Origin: Camelus ferus
Taxonomy: Eukaryota
Assembly: GCF_009834535.1 (NCBI RefSeq)
Contig: NC_045696.1
Coordinates: 94,986,001 to 95,050,000, forward strand
Direction of reading: 5' to 3'
DNA: 64,000 nt
The first letter of the stretch is position 1. Each line of letters starts with the position of its first letter. Positions 50,779 to 64,000 of the stretch are shown piece by piece. The translations under genes were made by a program, and so were the position numbers. The notes under the pieces are model-generated. The model worked only from the letters and a program-made list of their open reading frames with translations. It did no database searches and was not told the DNA's origin.

Positions 50779-53700
50779 GATCACAGTTTTTTTTTTAATG
50801 TTAAAATTATTATGAATAAATGCTATAGTCATTATAGGGCTTTATCCCAAAATACAGAAGAAGGTAGACTAATCAATGGGAGTAAGAGAAAGTCTGCTGA
50901 ATTTTAGAGACAAGCAAGTTGCCATCAGAAGCTGTAGGTAGATGAGCAGATGCAGGCTTTGCACAAACTACAGCAAAGATCTAGATTGATGGCTTGGATC
51001 ATTATCTTGTCTTTGTTTCCTTTGCACATGATCAGCTTCAAGAGAAGGTGGCATGAATGGAAGCCATGCACAGTAGCACATTCTTCAATGGCTTGCTGGA
51101 TTCAGCTTCCTTAGTATACTTGGCATTCTGCTGCTGTTACTCACAGCACAAAACATTAGGATGCTGGAGGGAAACCACATAAGAACCTTCTAGTCTTTCA
51201 GGTTATATTGACATCATCTCTTTCTATACCAATCCCATTTGAACTTACATTACGGAACCTGTGCTGTAGCGGAAGAAACTGTTTGGGAGGGATTACAATG
51301 AAGACCATCAATAGCTTTACCATGAGAATTATTTCTTAATTTAGATTCCTTCCTCCTTTTCTGTTAAACACAAGTTAAAAATGTCTGTTTTATTCAGAGC
51401 AAAACACTTTACTAAGTTGAATCCAGTTATGACTAGTAGCATATGGGTCATTGCATAGGAAGTACAGCTTTCAGTTCCAAGCAGGGTCATTTGCACATTT
51501 CCATTTGCAGTTTTTCCATGAGTGCAAATTTTCTTCCCCTTTTATCTCCTTCGACACTAATACAAAATTAAAAATAATATGGGGTGACTATGATAGCCTT
51601 TCATTCCCAATAGCCATACTTTAGGACTAAGGGGTTAGCTAAATAATTTCAAAGAACCAAACAAAAATAGATAGAAAATGGCACTTTTCTTAATTATCCT
51701 CAGGAAGAAAGTAGGGTTTTTTTGGTCCAATATACAAGAAATTTCTGTTGATTAAAATCTACTTATACAGTCCAGGTTGATGTTATTCTCAAAGCTGTTA
51801 TTTGAACTGCCAATTAACTTACTCCAAAGCCCCACAACCAGAGAAAATGATCTGTTTTCTGTAGTGCTGTCCTAATTTGGTGCTAATAAGTTGTTGAGCC
51901 TTTCTTGTAACTTTGTTCCCTTGATTGGCTGAAGGCTTGATTTACTTGTCCCAGGAAAAGTCCCTGGATGTTCCCTGCCCTCTCTGAACAAAGACTGATT
52001 TTCCTAAGTTAGTGAATGTTTCCCCTTCAGCATTGAGACTAGCTCCTCCTGGAGAAGTGGGCTGCCGCACTGCTTTTTGTCATCTTTTCATCCCAGAAAT
52101 GTTTTCAAAAAGCAGCAGAAACTGTGGTGGGCAAGTAGGTCTCTGCTTTCACGAAGAGGGTGATGGAAAAGAATGGTAAACAATTTTAGCAACAAATGTT
52201 TGCTTGTACACAAATCTGGATTGATAGCTTAGAGGTATTTCCATTTTTGTAGCATAGTCTAGGCTGGGTCCCTCCCACTTTGGTATTCCAAGACCTGAGC
52301 ACTCATTGCTGGTTTTGGTTTCCCTGTTACAGCTGATAACATCAGACATTTAAAACTCAGCCCCAGGAGGCTTCAGATTGAAGGATGTTATCAATGGTTA
52401 CAAGAGTAACAGAGAACTCCAGGGCCTTGACTGCGTCTTGGCTTGTATTTCAGTCCTACCTTGAATATGTTTTTATGTAGAAAGTGCTCAGTATCAATAT
52501 GTTACTAAACACTGGGAATTTTTTTGAAAGGGAGCAAAGGATTTTGAAACATTGAAGATATGGTGATAAGGGAGACATGCAAAATTCTGCTTGTCTGTTA
52601 AAACAAAAAACAAAAAACTCTAAACTTGCACCTGTATGTATGTATATATTAACAACATACTCTTGGTGTTTTGAACAACCCTGAAGGACTTCTTTGGAAG
52701 CATTTTACAATGTGAGGGAATTCTTTACCCCTTCTAATGACACTGTTGTGTCTTGTGATTTAAGCATCAATTTGCACAATCTGGCTGCAGAAAACAGGTT
52801 AATTTCAGAGCCCAGGGCAGCTGAGAGGAGGGAGCTGAGGAGACTGAGAGCTTCTTCAGGAGAAGCTGGGTGCTTCTTTCTGGAGGATCTGTACCTGGAG
52901 GCCTCGAGAAATACAGATGACATGGGAGAAAACAAGAACATGTATCCTAGAGCCCTAAACTCATTTCCCAGAGTTCCCCCTACAGACTGCCCTCCCAGCA
53001 AGCGACCTGACACTTTGCATCAGACCAACAGCAGACAGTCAGCGGCCAGGAGCCTAGCTATGGGGCAGCCACACAGAGAAAAGGCTGAAAAAGACACTTG
53101 GAGAAATCTTTCTTTAAAATATAACTTTCCATCTATCAAAATTCATCAAATTGTACATCTGAAATGTGTAGTTTACTGTACAGTAACCGTACCACAATAA
53201 AAGCATTAAATAAATAAATTAAATTAAATATAACTTTACACAATACTTGGTTTTCCCAGAAAAAAATTGCTAACAAGTTAGTGTTCAAATACATTAATTC
53301 AAGAATGACATTAAGATATTGAAGTTTATATAATATTTGCATATAATGCAGTACCAAGGAGGATAATGGTCAGGAAAGCAGAAAATAATGAAAATCACTT
53401 TTTCTTAATGTAGTTATGACATGGAGCAAGGTTCAGTCCAGGTAGTTACCAGATACATACACTGGAGACTGATTAGAAAAGAAAATGTGTAAGAAGAATG
53501 CACCATTCAGAAAGTTTTATTTAAAAATATTGCTGAATTAAATATTTCTAAGGTAAACATGACTATTCAGAAGGCTTTTAAATTTCTCCTAACTTCCTTC
53601 AGCTCTGATACAATTTCCTGCATTTGTTTCATTTTTATGCTTTTTCCTTGGAATTTGAATAGGGAAACTGATGATTAAAACTATATTATTATAAACATAT

Positions 53701-54239
53701 TGAGATGAAAAATAAAAGTTTGAAAATAGCATTTATGAAAAGTTATCTTTTGGGCGGCTACACCATTTTACTTTAGGCAAAGTGCACAGAAAATTCATTT
53801 GTGCAATGATCCCAGGCATCATCATACCCCAAATCCCTGAAGTCTTTCTTGCTTCTTGTAGCAAGGTGCATTAGCTGGCTAATAGTATTTCCAGACAGAA
53901 AAATGGAAAGGAAAATGCTGAGCCTGACACAGAGAGAAGAGCTTAATAGACTTGTGTACATACATTAGCCTCATGGCTCACGATAAATGAGCAGAGCACT
54001 GCTGCCAGCTCCATCTCAGAGGGTCCGTCATTAACACTTCCTCTGATCCCTCCAGCCTTTTCTCCCCTCAAATTATCTTTCAAGCTTTCCAGGTAGATGC
54101 TTTAACTTAATATTTCCTCAAGGATGAGAGAATTTAAGCAGGTTCAAGACAGAGCAATTAGATGTCTCATTTTCTTGGCCGATTGCAGCAAACATTAAGT
54201 TCAGGATTTTGTTTTATTTATAGGGTCTATATCTCTATT

Positions 54240-54283
54240 AACAACAACAACAACCACAACAACAACAACAACAACAAAAAAAA
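54240..54283. repeat. (CAA)n microsatellite ending in an A-run
   Basis: Direct reading. Confidence 0.9.
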
Positions 54284-55554
54284 CCAACTAATACCAAGGC
54301 CTTAAACGGCCGAGAAGAAAATAAAGAAAAAGTAAGCCCTTCCCTTGTCCTTCACTAACAACGTTTCTTTCCAATTTTTTCAAGTTTTGTGATTTCTTTA
54401 AGAAGTTAGGTAACACTAGGGTAAAATGTATCACACACGTGAAAATGGAACAACTGGTAATAAGTTAATTCCATTTAGTTATTAAGATTGCTTCCTTGCT
54501 CTGACTTTCTACCATTTATTAACATGAGGATCAGAGATGTGACTGAAAATGAGTTGTTTTTCTCTGCATGAATAGAAAAACCAATAGTCTTCTATTACCC
54601 TCGGTCAAGTCCAGAAATGAAATAAATTATGATTACTATTTATAATTACAAATGTAAACATTCACTGAGATTTGCATGGTGGTTTCTCATTCCCCTTACT
54701 CTCAGGGAGATTCTGTAAAGACATCATAATTTACAAGAAATGCTTTCTATTACTGTGGTTCTTCGTGTGGGGGAGAGAATTTGCATCACCTCTAAACAAA
54801 GCATAGACAGGCTAAGGTGATATTAATGATCTAAAAATACAAAAAGAAATAATAAGGAACTTCGACAGACCACTCTTTATAAGTTCTCTCGATACTAATG
54901 CTATTTTGGAAACAGCTGGAAAACAAGCCTGTTTAAAACAGCTTCTATTTGGATGAAAAATTAGTACTTAATAATTTATTCACTTAAACATTTTCAGGGT
55001 TGAGATACAGAGGGAGTTTCTCAGTGTTTCATCAGCCGTGTCTTGGGCATGCTCACCTTGCCCCTTAGATGAAATGTGAGCTAAGAGGTTTTATCGCACC
55101 CCCACCCCCTCCCCGTTCTTCCTCCCACAGAAGCCTTCATCACTTGACTCTCCTCTTGTTTGACCGAACCCCAGCCAGGCCCGGTCGTTTTATATTCAGT
55201 GAGACCACATCTCTCCTCCTCCTCCTTTGTTTTAGTCACTTTTGCTAACATTGCCATTTCCCTTCCACACCTCACCCACTTGACCTACTGAACTCTAATC
55301 CACATACAATCCAACATTTTAGGATCCTGAGTCCTACCAGAGAAACCACCGCACCATGCAGACAGTCACTGTTCCAGACGCCCGGTCACAGCTGGACTGT
55401 AGCCCTCTCTGGACAACTATCTATATGTTCATAATAAGTAGTCACAAGGGCGAGTCAAAACCTTCAGCAAGCTGCCTGGTTGTCCTGTGCTGTCCCTGGT
55501 CCCTAATACCCCACTTCCGTTCTCAGGCAGCACCCTTCTCTTCCGTCTCACAGA

Positions 55555-55995
55555 GAAATTAAAGCTGGCCAAGGGTTTTCTGTTCTGATCTCCAAGGCTC
55601 ATGCATCTGCCTCTCCTTTAGCTGGTCTTTGTGCTTATCTCAGGTCACGTAGGGAGTTCCATCAGCATCTCTCGCCCCTGTGTCTTCAGTTTCTTTCTTC
55701 TGCATCCTCTCATTCTATCTGCCTTCAACAGACTCTTACCTGGCTTCTGCCTCCACTCTGCTAAAACTTCCTGGTGAAGTTTGCCATTGATCACCTCCTA
55801 TTGCTCCACACGATCATTTTCATTATATTGTTTGACATCCTTAAACTATTTGACACAGTCCATCATTCCATTCTTCCTGGAATCCTCTTCTCTCGTCCCT
55901 CTGTGGCCACACACTTTCATGGTTCTCCTTTTGTATTTCAGCGCTTTCCATTCCATATTTCCCTGACCTTCTCTTTTTCAGCTCCTAAATGCCTG
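55555..55995 (+). mobile_element. L2 ORF2 fragment
   Basis: tggcttctgcctccactctgctaaaact...tcacctcctattgct...tatttgacacagtccatcattccattcttcctggaa. Confidence 0.8.
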
Positions 55996-57859
55996 TCACC
56001 TTGGGGGGCCAAGGTGGCTGAACAAGGATTCAGAGCCAGACTCCAGAGCTCAGCAGTGTAGGCACCATAGTGTATAATGGCTTAACCCACTGGCCTCAGA
56101 CTCAAGCCAAAAAGCATTCCAGTTATGCTGTGCCACTTGTTTAGCCTCTTTGGGCACCAGTTTTCTCGTGTATAGAATAAAGATGATGATTTGAGTTCCA
56201 TAGAAATACAAACGTTGTTGTATGTGGTGGGACTCTACATAGACAGATAAGTTCTCTCAACCAAGGCGACAGATTTAGCATGTGTTAAGGAGTTCCAAAA
56301 TAATATATGGTAGTCAGAGTCTGAACAGGTTAGAGAATTCCTGGTTTCTACTCCCAGCACCAGTACTTTGAACATTATGTGGCCCTGTTACCTTATGTGT
56401 AAAATGACATTTAATTTCGTTCTAGATGGCAGAAATTACAGAAGCAGGAAAAACAAGATTCGCCACTTTTGGATGAAACAGAACTAATAACTGTTCTGAG
56501 TTATATTCCCCCTCATTCTTCCTCACTTCCTCACCCATCTGGGTTGCATTATAAAGCTTGCTTGATACAGAACCTCGCTGGGAAGGAGAGGGGTGGGGGC
56601 TGGTGCAGTGGACACCAAGCTTGATGGAGAAGCATGGTGGCATTTCCATAACGAGCTCACAGTGGGATCATTGTCAGCCCTCCCTGTGCTTTGACCCTGA
56701 TGCTGAACATGAAGTCAGGGCACATGCCCCACAGTTCATCCAGCTGGAGCTCCACCAGGACGAGGAGTGATGTCAGCTTGGCACTCGGCTTAAGGACAGC
56801 AAAGCCTGTGCCTGGTGAATTACAGGAAGATGGAGCACAACCCTCAGCTCTGTCTTTACAAAGACACCAGCAATAAACACACATACCTTTTAGTAAAAGA
56901 AAACCACAGCCCCTTTCATCATCGTGCAAAAGAAGAATCAATTTTTTTAAAAAATCACAGGTAATTAATATAACATGAGACTCTCCCTTTTCTAGTTAGT
57001 CAGTATCACAAGAGCATACAGAAAGGCTGTTTTGCCTTTTTTTCTCCATGAAATACGGCTCTTTGTCACTTGTAGCTATAGCTGTAAATGCCAGTTATTA
57101 TGTCGGACTTTAGAAAAGTTTACAACTTTCTTTTTAATAATAATATAGAAAAAGAACAGAAATTCTAGTTCTAGAAGTAATCTGGGTCAGGCTCTCCTGG
57201 CAGTTCTGAAGAGATGTCATTCTTTCTCAAAGAACAAGGTTTATATCTGATTTCACCCCCACTAACAATAGCAGTGATTAAACAGAGTTGTTTTTATTCC
57301 CTTTATAAATAACTTTCAATTATACTCTGCTCCTTTGAAGAAATAACTAGTCACTATTTCTTTTATAATCATACTTACTAGGCGTAGTTTTTAAAGTGAA
57401 ATTAAATATGTGTAGGTGCATCATTGAAGCCAGGTCTCAAAGCAAAACAGGAGGACTGAGCCCCCCAACCAGGTAGAGTTTAAGCTCATTTAAATATTTG
57501 TAACCCAGTCCTTCCTCTTTTCATGAAAAAAATTCCTAACGTTTGTTTGAGAGTATTGACATTCACTACCCATTTCTTTAAAAGATAAATGTGTAGGTAT
57601 TTAATTGAAAACAAACTCAGAAATAGAAAAATATATTGTTTCCCTAAGCACACAAAGCCTCAGAGAAAAAGGGATTTGCATATTGTTATTAAACTTCTAT
57701 AGGAAAACAAGATGTTGGGAAAGAGAGATAGCTGGTGAACTAAATGGAAGATTTAGCTTTTAATCATTACAGAAATGACTAACTCAAAACCTACACTCAG
57801 TTTCAGTTCCATTAAAAACAAAAGCAATTTCGAGATTTTTCTCACTAACCCTTGCCTTT

Positions 57860-58060
57860 TATAATAATAGGTAACATATGATGAGCACTTAATACATGCC
57901 AGACACTGAGCTAAGTCTTTTACTCACATTAAGTATTTCTAACCCTTAACACCAATTTATGAGGCAAGTACTATTATCAGCCTCTTTTCATGGATAGGAA
58001 GTTAAGGATTTGAGAGGTTAAACCTTGCCCAAAGTCTCAGAGCCACAGGGATCCACAGCA
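57860..58060 (-). mobile_element. MIR SINE
   Basis: tgagcacttaatacatgccagacactgagctaag...tatgaggcaagtactattatc...gagaggttaaaccttgcccaaagtc. Confidence 0.88.
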
Positions 58061-58875
58061 AACGTTGACTCTCCTATGTTTTGCTACAACCAGTATTACA
58101 TACTAGAATTGTGTCTTAGGCCCTGTAGCACCTTTTCCAAACCCTCTGCATTTCTCTTTAAGGTTCCAAATTGCACTGTACCTTAATTTCTTTGTTTAGG
58201 GGTGTTATCAGATTCTTTTTAGCTCAAAAGTGCCAACAAATTTTGCCTGCAAAGGCTCTTTTCCAGGTCTTTCTGTTGTTCTTCCCTGTTCCTCTGACTA
58301 CACTACATTTTTAAATAATGCTGTCCTTTTGTCCTTTACTTGCTTTATGTATCTTTTTTGTCCTTTACTGACATGAAATCCTTTCGATATGCTTTCGGTC
58401 TGCTTCCACAGGACTGGAGTGACACCACAAAAAGTGATAAGGCTCAGGGAATGCTAACCAAAGGTATTGACTTGTCAGAATATTTTATACTTGTTGCTGA
58501 GGTCATATCTTAGTTGTTTTAAAATGTTAGGTCATAGGGAAGAAAATAGTCACTATCCCAAACACAAAAATAATGAAAGTTTTCTCTCTAAAGAACCAAT
58601 CCCCTTCGTTTTTCTGCCCTCAGCCCTTCATTTCTTGGAAGGAAATTGAAGGCAGCAGACTTTTCCTGTTCAGAAGCTCCTCATGTGTGGACTTTTTTCT
58701 AGCAAGGTGGACCTTTTATTAAACTACAAGAAAGGAGGGCTGAAGCTTTATCATTAACATTTTCATGATCCCAACCTCTTTCTCTGATTAAGTAACAGCC
58801 TTTGGATGAAAAACAGGATAAAGGCTTCTGGCATAAGGGCAATGGGACCTTCCACTACTACACTGACTCAACCAG

Positions 58876-58876
<1 letters not shown>

Positions 58877-58914
<38 letters not shown>
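58877..58914. repeat. (CA)n microsatellite
   Basis: Direct reading. Confidence 0.95.
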
Positions 58915-58916
<2 letters not shown>

Positions 58917-59234
58917 CTACCTCTGTGAGGCCCTCTACTATTGTAAAAACCATGTTTTAAGGACTCGTTATTTTGTCCTCTTTGAGGGCTGAGATCATGC
59001 TGTACTTAACTGGAAAGATATTCTCTCTGAAGGAGAACACAGTTCAGTGGAATAAAGTGAAGCTGACTGGGAACTTCTAAATATAATGCGATGTGCACAG
59101 CGGTGTTTTTGAAGAATCAAGTGATGTAGGAGCTGATGAGACTTTGGAGACTTAATGCAGAGTGAGCAGAATTGATTCCATTCCTCTCACCCTGGGCTCT
59201 GCTTGGACCACATAACAGTGCAACCAGCTTCTCC

Positions 59235-60086
59235 CAGGCCCAGCTACATGGCTTGTGGGGCCCAGGGCAAAATGAAAATGTGCCTTTAAGGGTACTAACA
59301 TATAAAACATTTCCCTTTCTTCCATGGTCTCTCTCCCTTGACTTATCATGGTATTTTATAGTGATGTTTAATGTCATATTCCCTGAGGCCCAGCACCAAC
59401 CCTCACAGCACCTCAGTGCCCCACCCACTACTCCGTACATACACACTCAAGTAGCCCACCAATCACTGGGATCCTCCTTCCTCCAGCTACCTGACCCATG
59501 CCTCTGGGGATCAGAAATGCAGTATGCCCCAGCCAGGGGCAGGGAAGTCAGCCAGCATCTCCCCTTCCTACTGGGTCTTGTCCTCGGCCTGTAGTAGACA
59601 GTTGACCTTCAAGAGACAGCAACTTCCAAGATGCGACGTGCCTGATCCCAGGATTGGGGGTGGGTAAGAGGCTCACCCTGGCTGGGCTGCTTGCCAAGCA
59701 GATCATGGCCCTTCCAGCTCAGGGCAGGCAATAATCACTGCCTTGTCCTGCCCCATCATGCCCTGGGGCATTTGTCCTTGACCCTCCCACCCCATGCCCT
59801 TGCCTAGGTCACAAGAGTGAGGGGTGGGGTGGGATGAGATGGCAGTACTAGTCATGGTGGGGTGGGTCGGGTGTTGCCCTGCTTTGAAGGCAGAGGGGTG
59901 GCAGGAGAAAAATGCCTATGAACTGAGGCTCCAAGCCCACAGCATAGCCTCTGTTGTTATAATTGTAATTTTGAATATCAAGACAGAAACCACAAAGCCT
60001 TAAATCCCTACTGTGAAGCCCTTTTGCGCACGCAGCACTGGGTCTGGTATGACTCCACTGGCCGGGTGCCCATGTGGCCAGTCCTG
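59235..60086 (-). mobile_element. MER45-family (hAT-Tip100) non-autonomous DNA transposon, both ends present
   Basis: Left end caggcccagctacatggcttgtggggcccagggcaaaatgaaaatg and right end tcaagacag...gcccatgtggccagtcctg match recalled MER45 termini. Imperfect TIR CAGG...CCTG. TSD not recoverable. Confidence 0.7.
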
Positions 60087-61587
60087 TTCCTTGCCACCAG
60101 TCTCCCAGCCTATCATCCTACTGTCGTCACTTACTACTCCAAGAAAGAAACCTGTGCATCTTTGTATTTTTTCTTTAATGGCCATTACCCTAGGCTGAAG
60201 TGAAAACGTCCTAACCTGGCATAAAAGAGGCTTCCAACTTCCACTGCAACCTTACCCCTTCCCACTGCTTCCCACTCTCTCGGGCTCTGTGTTCTGGCTA
60301 CTGAGCGCCCCAGATGAGCGTGTGCTTCCATGCTTTTGCATTACTGTTTCTCTCACCAGAAAAGCCTGTATCCCTCTTTTGTCCTAGTTCTATTTCAAGG
60401 CTTTAACTGATGGTTTTGTCTTTGTAATTCCCCCCAGACAATCTCATTCTCCTCTCACCTAACATCATACCTTTCTCCTTGTTCTCTTTTGCATATTTCT
60501 TGATGCCTTGGCGTGGTTCCTGTAGCAAGCTTCCAGGGATTAAAGCCCAGGAAACTATCAGATAATGCCAATTCAAATATTTGATCCTGAATTAAAGCCC
60601 ACTTCATCTTTGCTGGCGTCCCTTTCACATAAAGGGAGTAGGATGGAAGGGCGGCAGAGAAGGAAAGGACAGCTAGATGATTTCCAGATGGCTGTGACTT
60701 GCCATCGTGAGTGGTGGCAGAGACCACTTACTAGGAACACATAAGTGATTGGCCAGGGAGGGCTGCAGCCCGGCTGTGAGTGGGCGTCTGGGCGCCTCCC
60801 GGCATGGGGGTGTGGTTTCTCCAGCAGAATTCGAGCACCGAAGATACTGAATTGGTTTGCGATTAGGGCCGAGTAGGTGGGATAAGCAGGTTGTAGAAAG
60901 GGACAAGAGGCAGAAGGGAAATGGCAATGCTAGGGAAAGTAAAGTGCAAAGGGAGGGGAATGTGATGGAGCTGTTGTGTAGGCAACAGCTGAGCCTGGTA
61001 GGGGTCCTGAGCTGGTCACATACGAGGAGAAATAGTCACGAGGCTTCATGGGATAAAGAACAGAAGTAAGAAGAGAACAGATTTAGAAAGCTTGACTCAT
61101 TCTGAATTATTCTGCTGAAGAGCATAAAATGATATAATTTAGGTCAAATTGAAGTTTTTTTTTTACTTTCAAAATTGAAAGAATGAAAATGGTTAAAAAC
61201 ATTTTAAGAGACCTCAGTTTGAATCTGATTGATCCAGAAATAGCTGTTAAGTTAATACTTATGAACAAAGTGGTTTGAAAATAGAAAAGTTACACATTCA
61301 GTCCCTTGTCTCCCCCTGAACTGATTTGGAGTGCTTAGCCATTTGAAGATGGATTTACTCTCAAATCAAATCTGGGGAACTGAAATGGAAGAAAGCACTT
61401 TTGGGAGATGCATTTGGTGTTTTTTATGAGCCTCTAGAAGTTTGAGAATGTTGAGTTGTAGGAAGTTAATAAGTGTTTTAAAGACTTTTAAAGCCAAGTG
61501 ATGATGGTCCAATCAATATTTTAAGAATACTTTCTGTTATTGTACAGGAAGTGGAGAATTAAGAATTAAGTCAGTCGAGTCAATTAG

Positions 61588-61589
<2 letters not shown>

Positions 61590-61638
<49 letters not shown>

Positions 61639-61680
61639 GTGTGTGTGTGTCTGTGTGTGTGTGTTTGGTGTGTGTGTGTG
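61590..61680. repeat. Compound (GT)n microsatellite
   Basis: About 90 bp of GT repeats with two gtttggt interruptions. Confidence 0.95.
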
Positions 61681-61714
61681 ATGCTCCCAGTAGTTTCCCC
61701 TATTTCCTCATTAG

Positions 61715-62802
61715 TTTTTAGGAAAATACCAGAAATGGATGCCAAGGTTAAATGATAAGTGTATGTTTAACATTTGAAGAAACTGTCCAACTGTTTTCTG
61801 AAGTGACTGTAGCACTTTACATCCCCACCAGCAATGTGTGAGTTCAGTTCTATATCCTCACCAACATTTGGTATGATCAGTCTTAATTTTGGCCATTTTA
61901 TAGGTGCATAGTGATATCTCATTGTGGTTTGATTTTGCATTTCCATAACGTCAGGTGACATTGAGCATCCTTCCAAGTGATTGTTTGTTATCCACATATC
62001 TTCTTTGTGAGATGTCTGCTCAACAAATTGGTCCATTTTTAAAACTGGCTTTTTCTATTATTGAGGTTTCAAAGTTATGAATATATTCTGGATATAAGCC
62101 CTCTTTCAGATATTTGCTTTGCAAATATTTTCTCCCAGTCTGTGGCTTGTCTTTTAGCAGTATTTTTTGAAAAGCAGAAGTTTCAAATTTTGACGAAGTG
62201 CAATTTATGCATTTTTTCCTCTGGGGTTTCTACTTTTAGTGTTATAGCAAAGAAATCACTGCCTAACCCAAGGTCACAAAATTTTCTCCTAAAAGTTTTA
62301 TAAGTTTAAACTTTACATTAGGTTTATTGTCCATTTTAAGTTAATTTTTGTTCATAGTGCAAAATACAGATATCAATATCTAATTGTTCTACCATTACTT
62401 GTTGAAAACTCTAGCCTTTCTTCACTGACTTGCCTTTAAGCTTTTGTCAGGAGTCAATGTACATATATCTGTGGGTCTCTTCTGGACTCTGTTCTTTTCC
62501 TTTAATGTATTTGTCTATCTTGATGCTGATGCCACACTGTGTAATATGTTTATAGTTTTATACATACATATTTATAATTTGCCTCATAGCCAGATGGTGT
62601 TAGTCCTCCAACTTCATTCTTTTTAGTTATTCTAGGGTTTGTTGGTTGTTTTTTTTGGTTTTTTTTTTTTGTATTTCTGTTTGAAATTTAAAATCAGTCT
62701 CTCAATTTCTACAAGAATGAGTACTGATGTTTCCTTTCAATAGGGATTACATTGACTCTTGATCAATTTGGGAAGAACTGACATCTTAGCACAGAGTCTT
62801 CC
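61715..62802 (-). mobile_element. Old L1M ORF2 3' fragment
   Basis: tttacatccccaccagcaatgt, gatatctcattgtggttttgattttgcatttcc, gcaaatattttctcccagtctgtggcttg, gatcaatttgggaagaactgacatctt. Confidence 0.93.
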
Positions 62803-64000
62803 ATACGTATTTACACTAGGACACATCACCCACTTTAGTTTCCTAGGGCATCATGTTCAAATCTTCATCAATTCAGATCTCCTGTAGAAGTGTCAAGGCA
62901 TGGCATGGCCACCTTTCTCTTTTCCACTTAATCTGTTGAAGAGAAGTCCTGCTTTGCTTCATACAAGTATGCATGACCTGCTAATGGACTACATAGGGAA
63001 AGTTAAGGAAGGGTACTTAGTAAGAAACTAGATGGGGCTACTTTCTCACTTGTGAGGATAGCTTAAAGGGAACTTTATTGTAAACTTCTGACAATGATTC
63101 ACCTGACAGCAGTATCCCAGATACTGAGCTGCTTTCAAGGACAGAACAGAAAATAAGAGTATTTTGATTTAGCCTCCTTTAACCTACAATGGATAAAACA
63201 CTTTAGGGCACGTGTGCTTACCTACCTATATTATATTAATTGCTGGGAGACCAGAGGGGCCATTTAGAAAGTTACTATTTCTAGAGCATTAGATAGTGTT
63301 TGGTTCTCTAGTGGGATTAATTTAACTAAGACAGTTAATTGAATCAATTCATTTCCCTGGAGAAGCTTTTACTCACCTTCATTTTCCACTGAATTAAGGA
63401 TAGGCTGCATTTCCTATCTTTTCCGTGTATTTATATTTGGCATTATTCCTTTGGTAACATCTAACAGCATTTAAGTTATAAAATGAGTTTAAAAAATTGA
63501 TTATGGACTTTGGCAGAAGCTGTAAACCTGTTTGGTAAAAACTTAGAATGTAATTTATTTCTAAAATCACAGATGAGTGTGGTCTTAAGACCCACTGAAT
63601 CATACTCTGGAATGTAGGTCTTGAAAAACAAATCTTTATCCAAATTTAATAGATTTTCATGTGAACTGGGAATCTGAAAATAGCCCTTTTGTGTGTGAAT
63701 GTTAATATAAGTGATGTGCCATATTCTTGTATTCAGTCTCAGATCTAGAGCCATTTTTACAGATTGGTAAGTATAACTGGAAATGTTAAGTGACATGCTG
63801 GTCAATCACATTATTAGCCAAAACATTGCTAGACATAAGATTTATGATAATCATAATACATACGACCCACATTCACTGCCGCATGCGTGGATCAGCATGA
63901 GCACTAGACTGGGCCTTCTCAGATTTGGATGTGGGTCCAGCCTTTGCCTTGGCCAACAGCCCAGTGTTGGGCAACACAGTATCAGTCCTTCGTATCAGTT

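Noticed and set aside
52694..53200. 168-aa plus-strand ORF
   Set aside because: TTG start, no recognisable homology, and it runs into an L1 3' end fragment.
63377..63460. Minus-strand coding exon ending at a strong AAG|gtgagt donor
   Set aside because: All three frames from the nearest acceptor contain stops. It could be non-coding, but there is no further support.
1..64000. CRISPR array, operon or other prokaryotic system; CpG-island promoter
   Set aside because: The sequence is CpG-depleted mammalian DNA. There is no regularly spaced repeat-spacer array, no gene-dense ORFs and no CpG island.

Overview
Mammalian, AT-rich, repeat-dense non-coding DNA (intergenic or deep intron). The young SINE and young L1 3' ends resemble those I recall from camelids (alpaca/camel), so the taxon is an inference. 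I can support no intact protein-coding gene: the recognisable ORFs are LINE-1 ORF2 remnants and the rest look spurious. The window is a layered retroelement record. Old eutherian elements include L2, MIR, L1M, MaLR/ERVL LTRs and internal sequence, MER74, a Gypsy-like LTR, MER53, MER45 and MARNA-like DNA elements. Younger insertions retain clear target-site duplications (TSDs). The most unusual locus is 29649-29977, where a U6 snRNA/L1 chimeric retrocopy (minus strand) and a tRNA-derived SINE (plus strand) sit tail-to-tail with overlapping TSDs, at a site with two opposed L1-endonuclease motifs. Also notable are a clean twin-primed 5'-inverted L1, several ultra-short (41-189 bp) TSD-flanked L1 3' tips, an ERV1-type solo LTR carrying a 53-nt poly-G run, an AP-1 motif cluster, and weak candidate exons. 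Repeat family names come from recalled consensus sequences, not a database search, and boundaries of old repeats are approximate. I found no evidence for a wholly new biological system.
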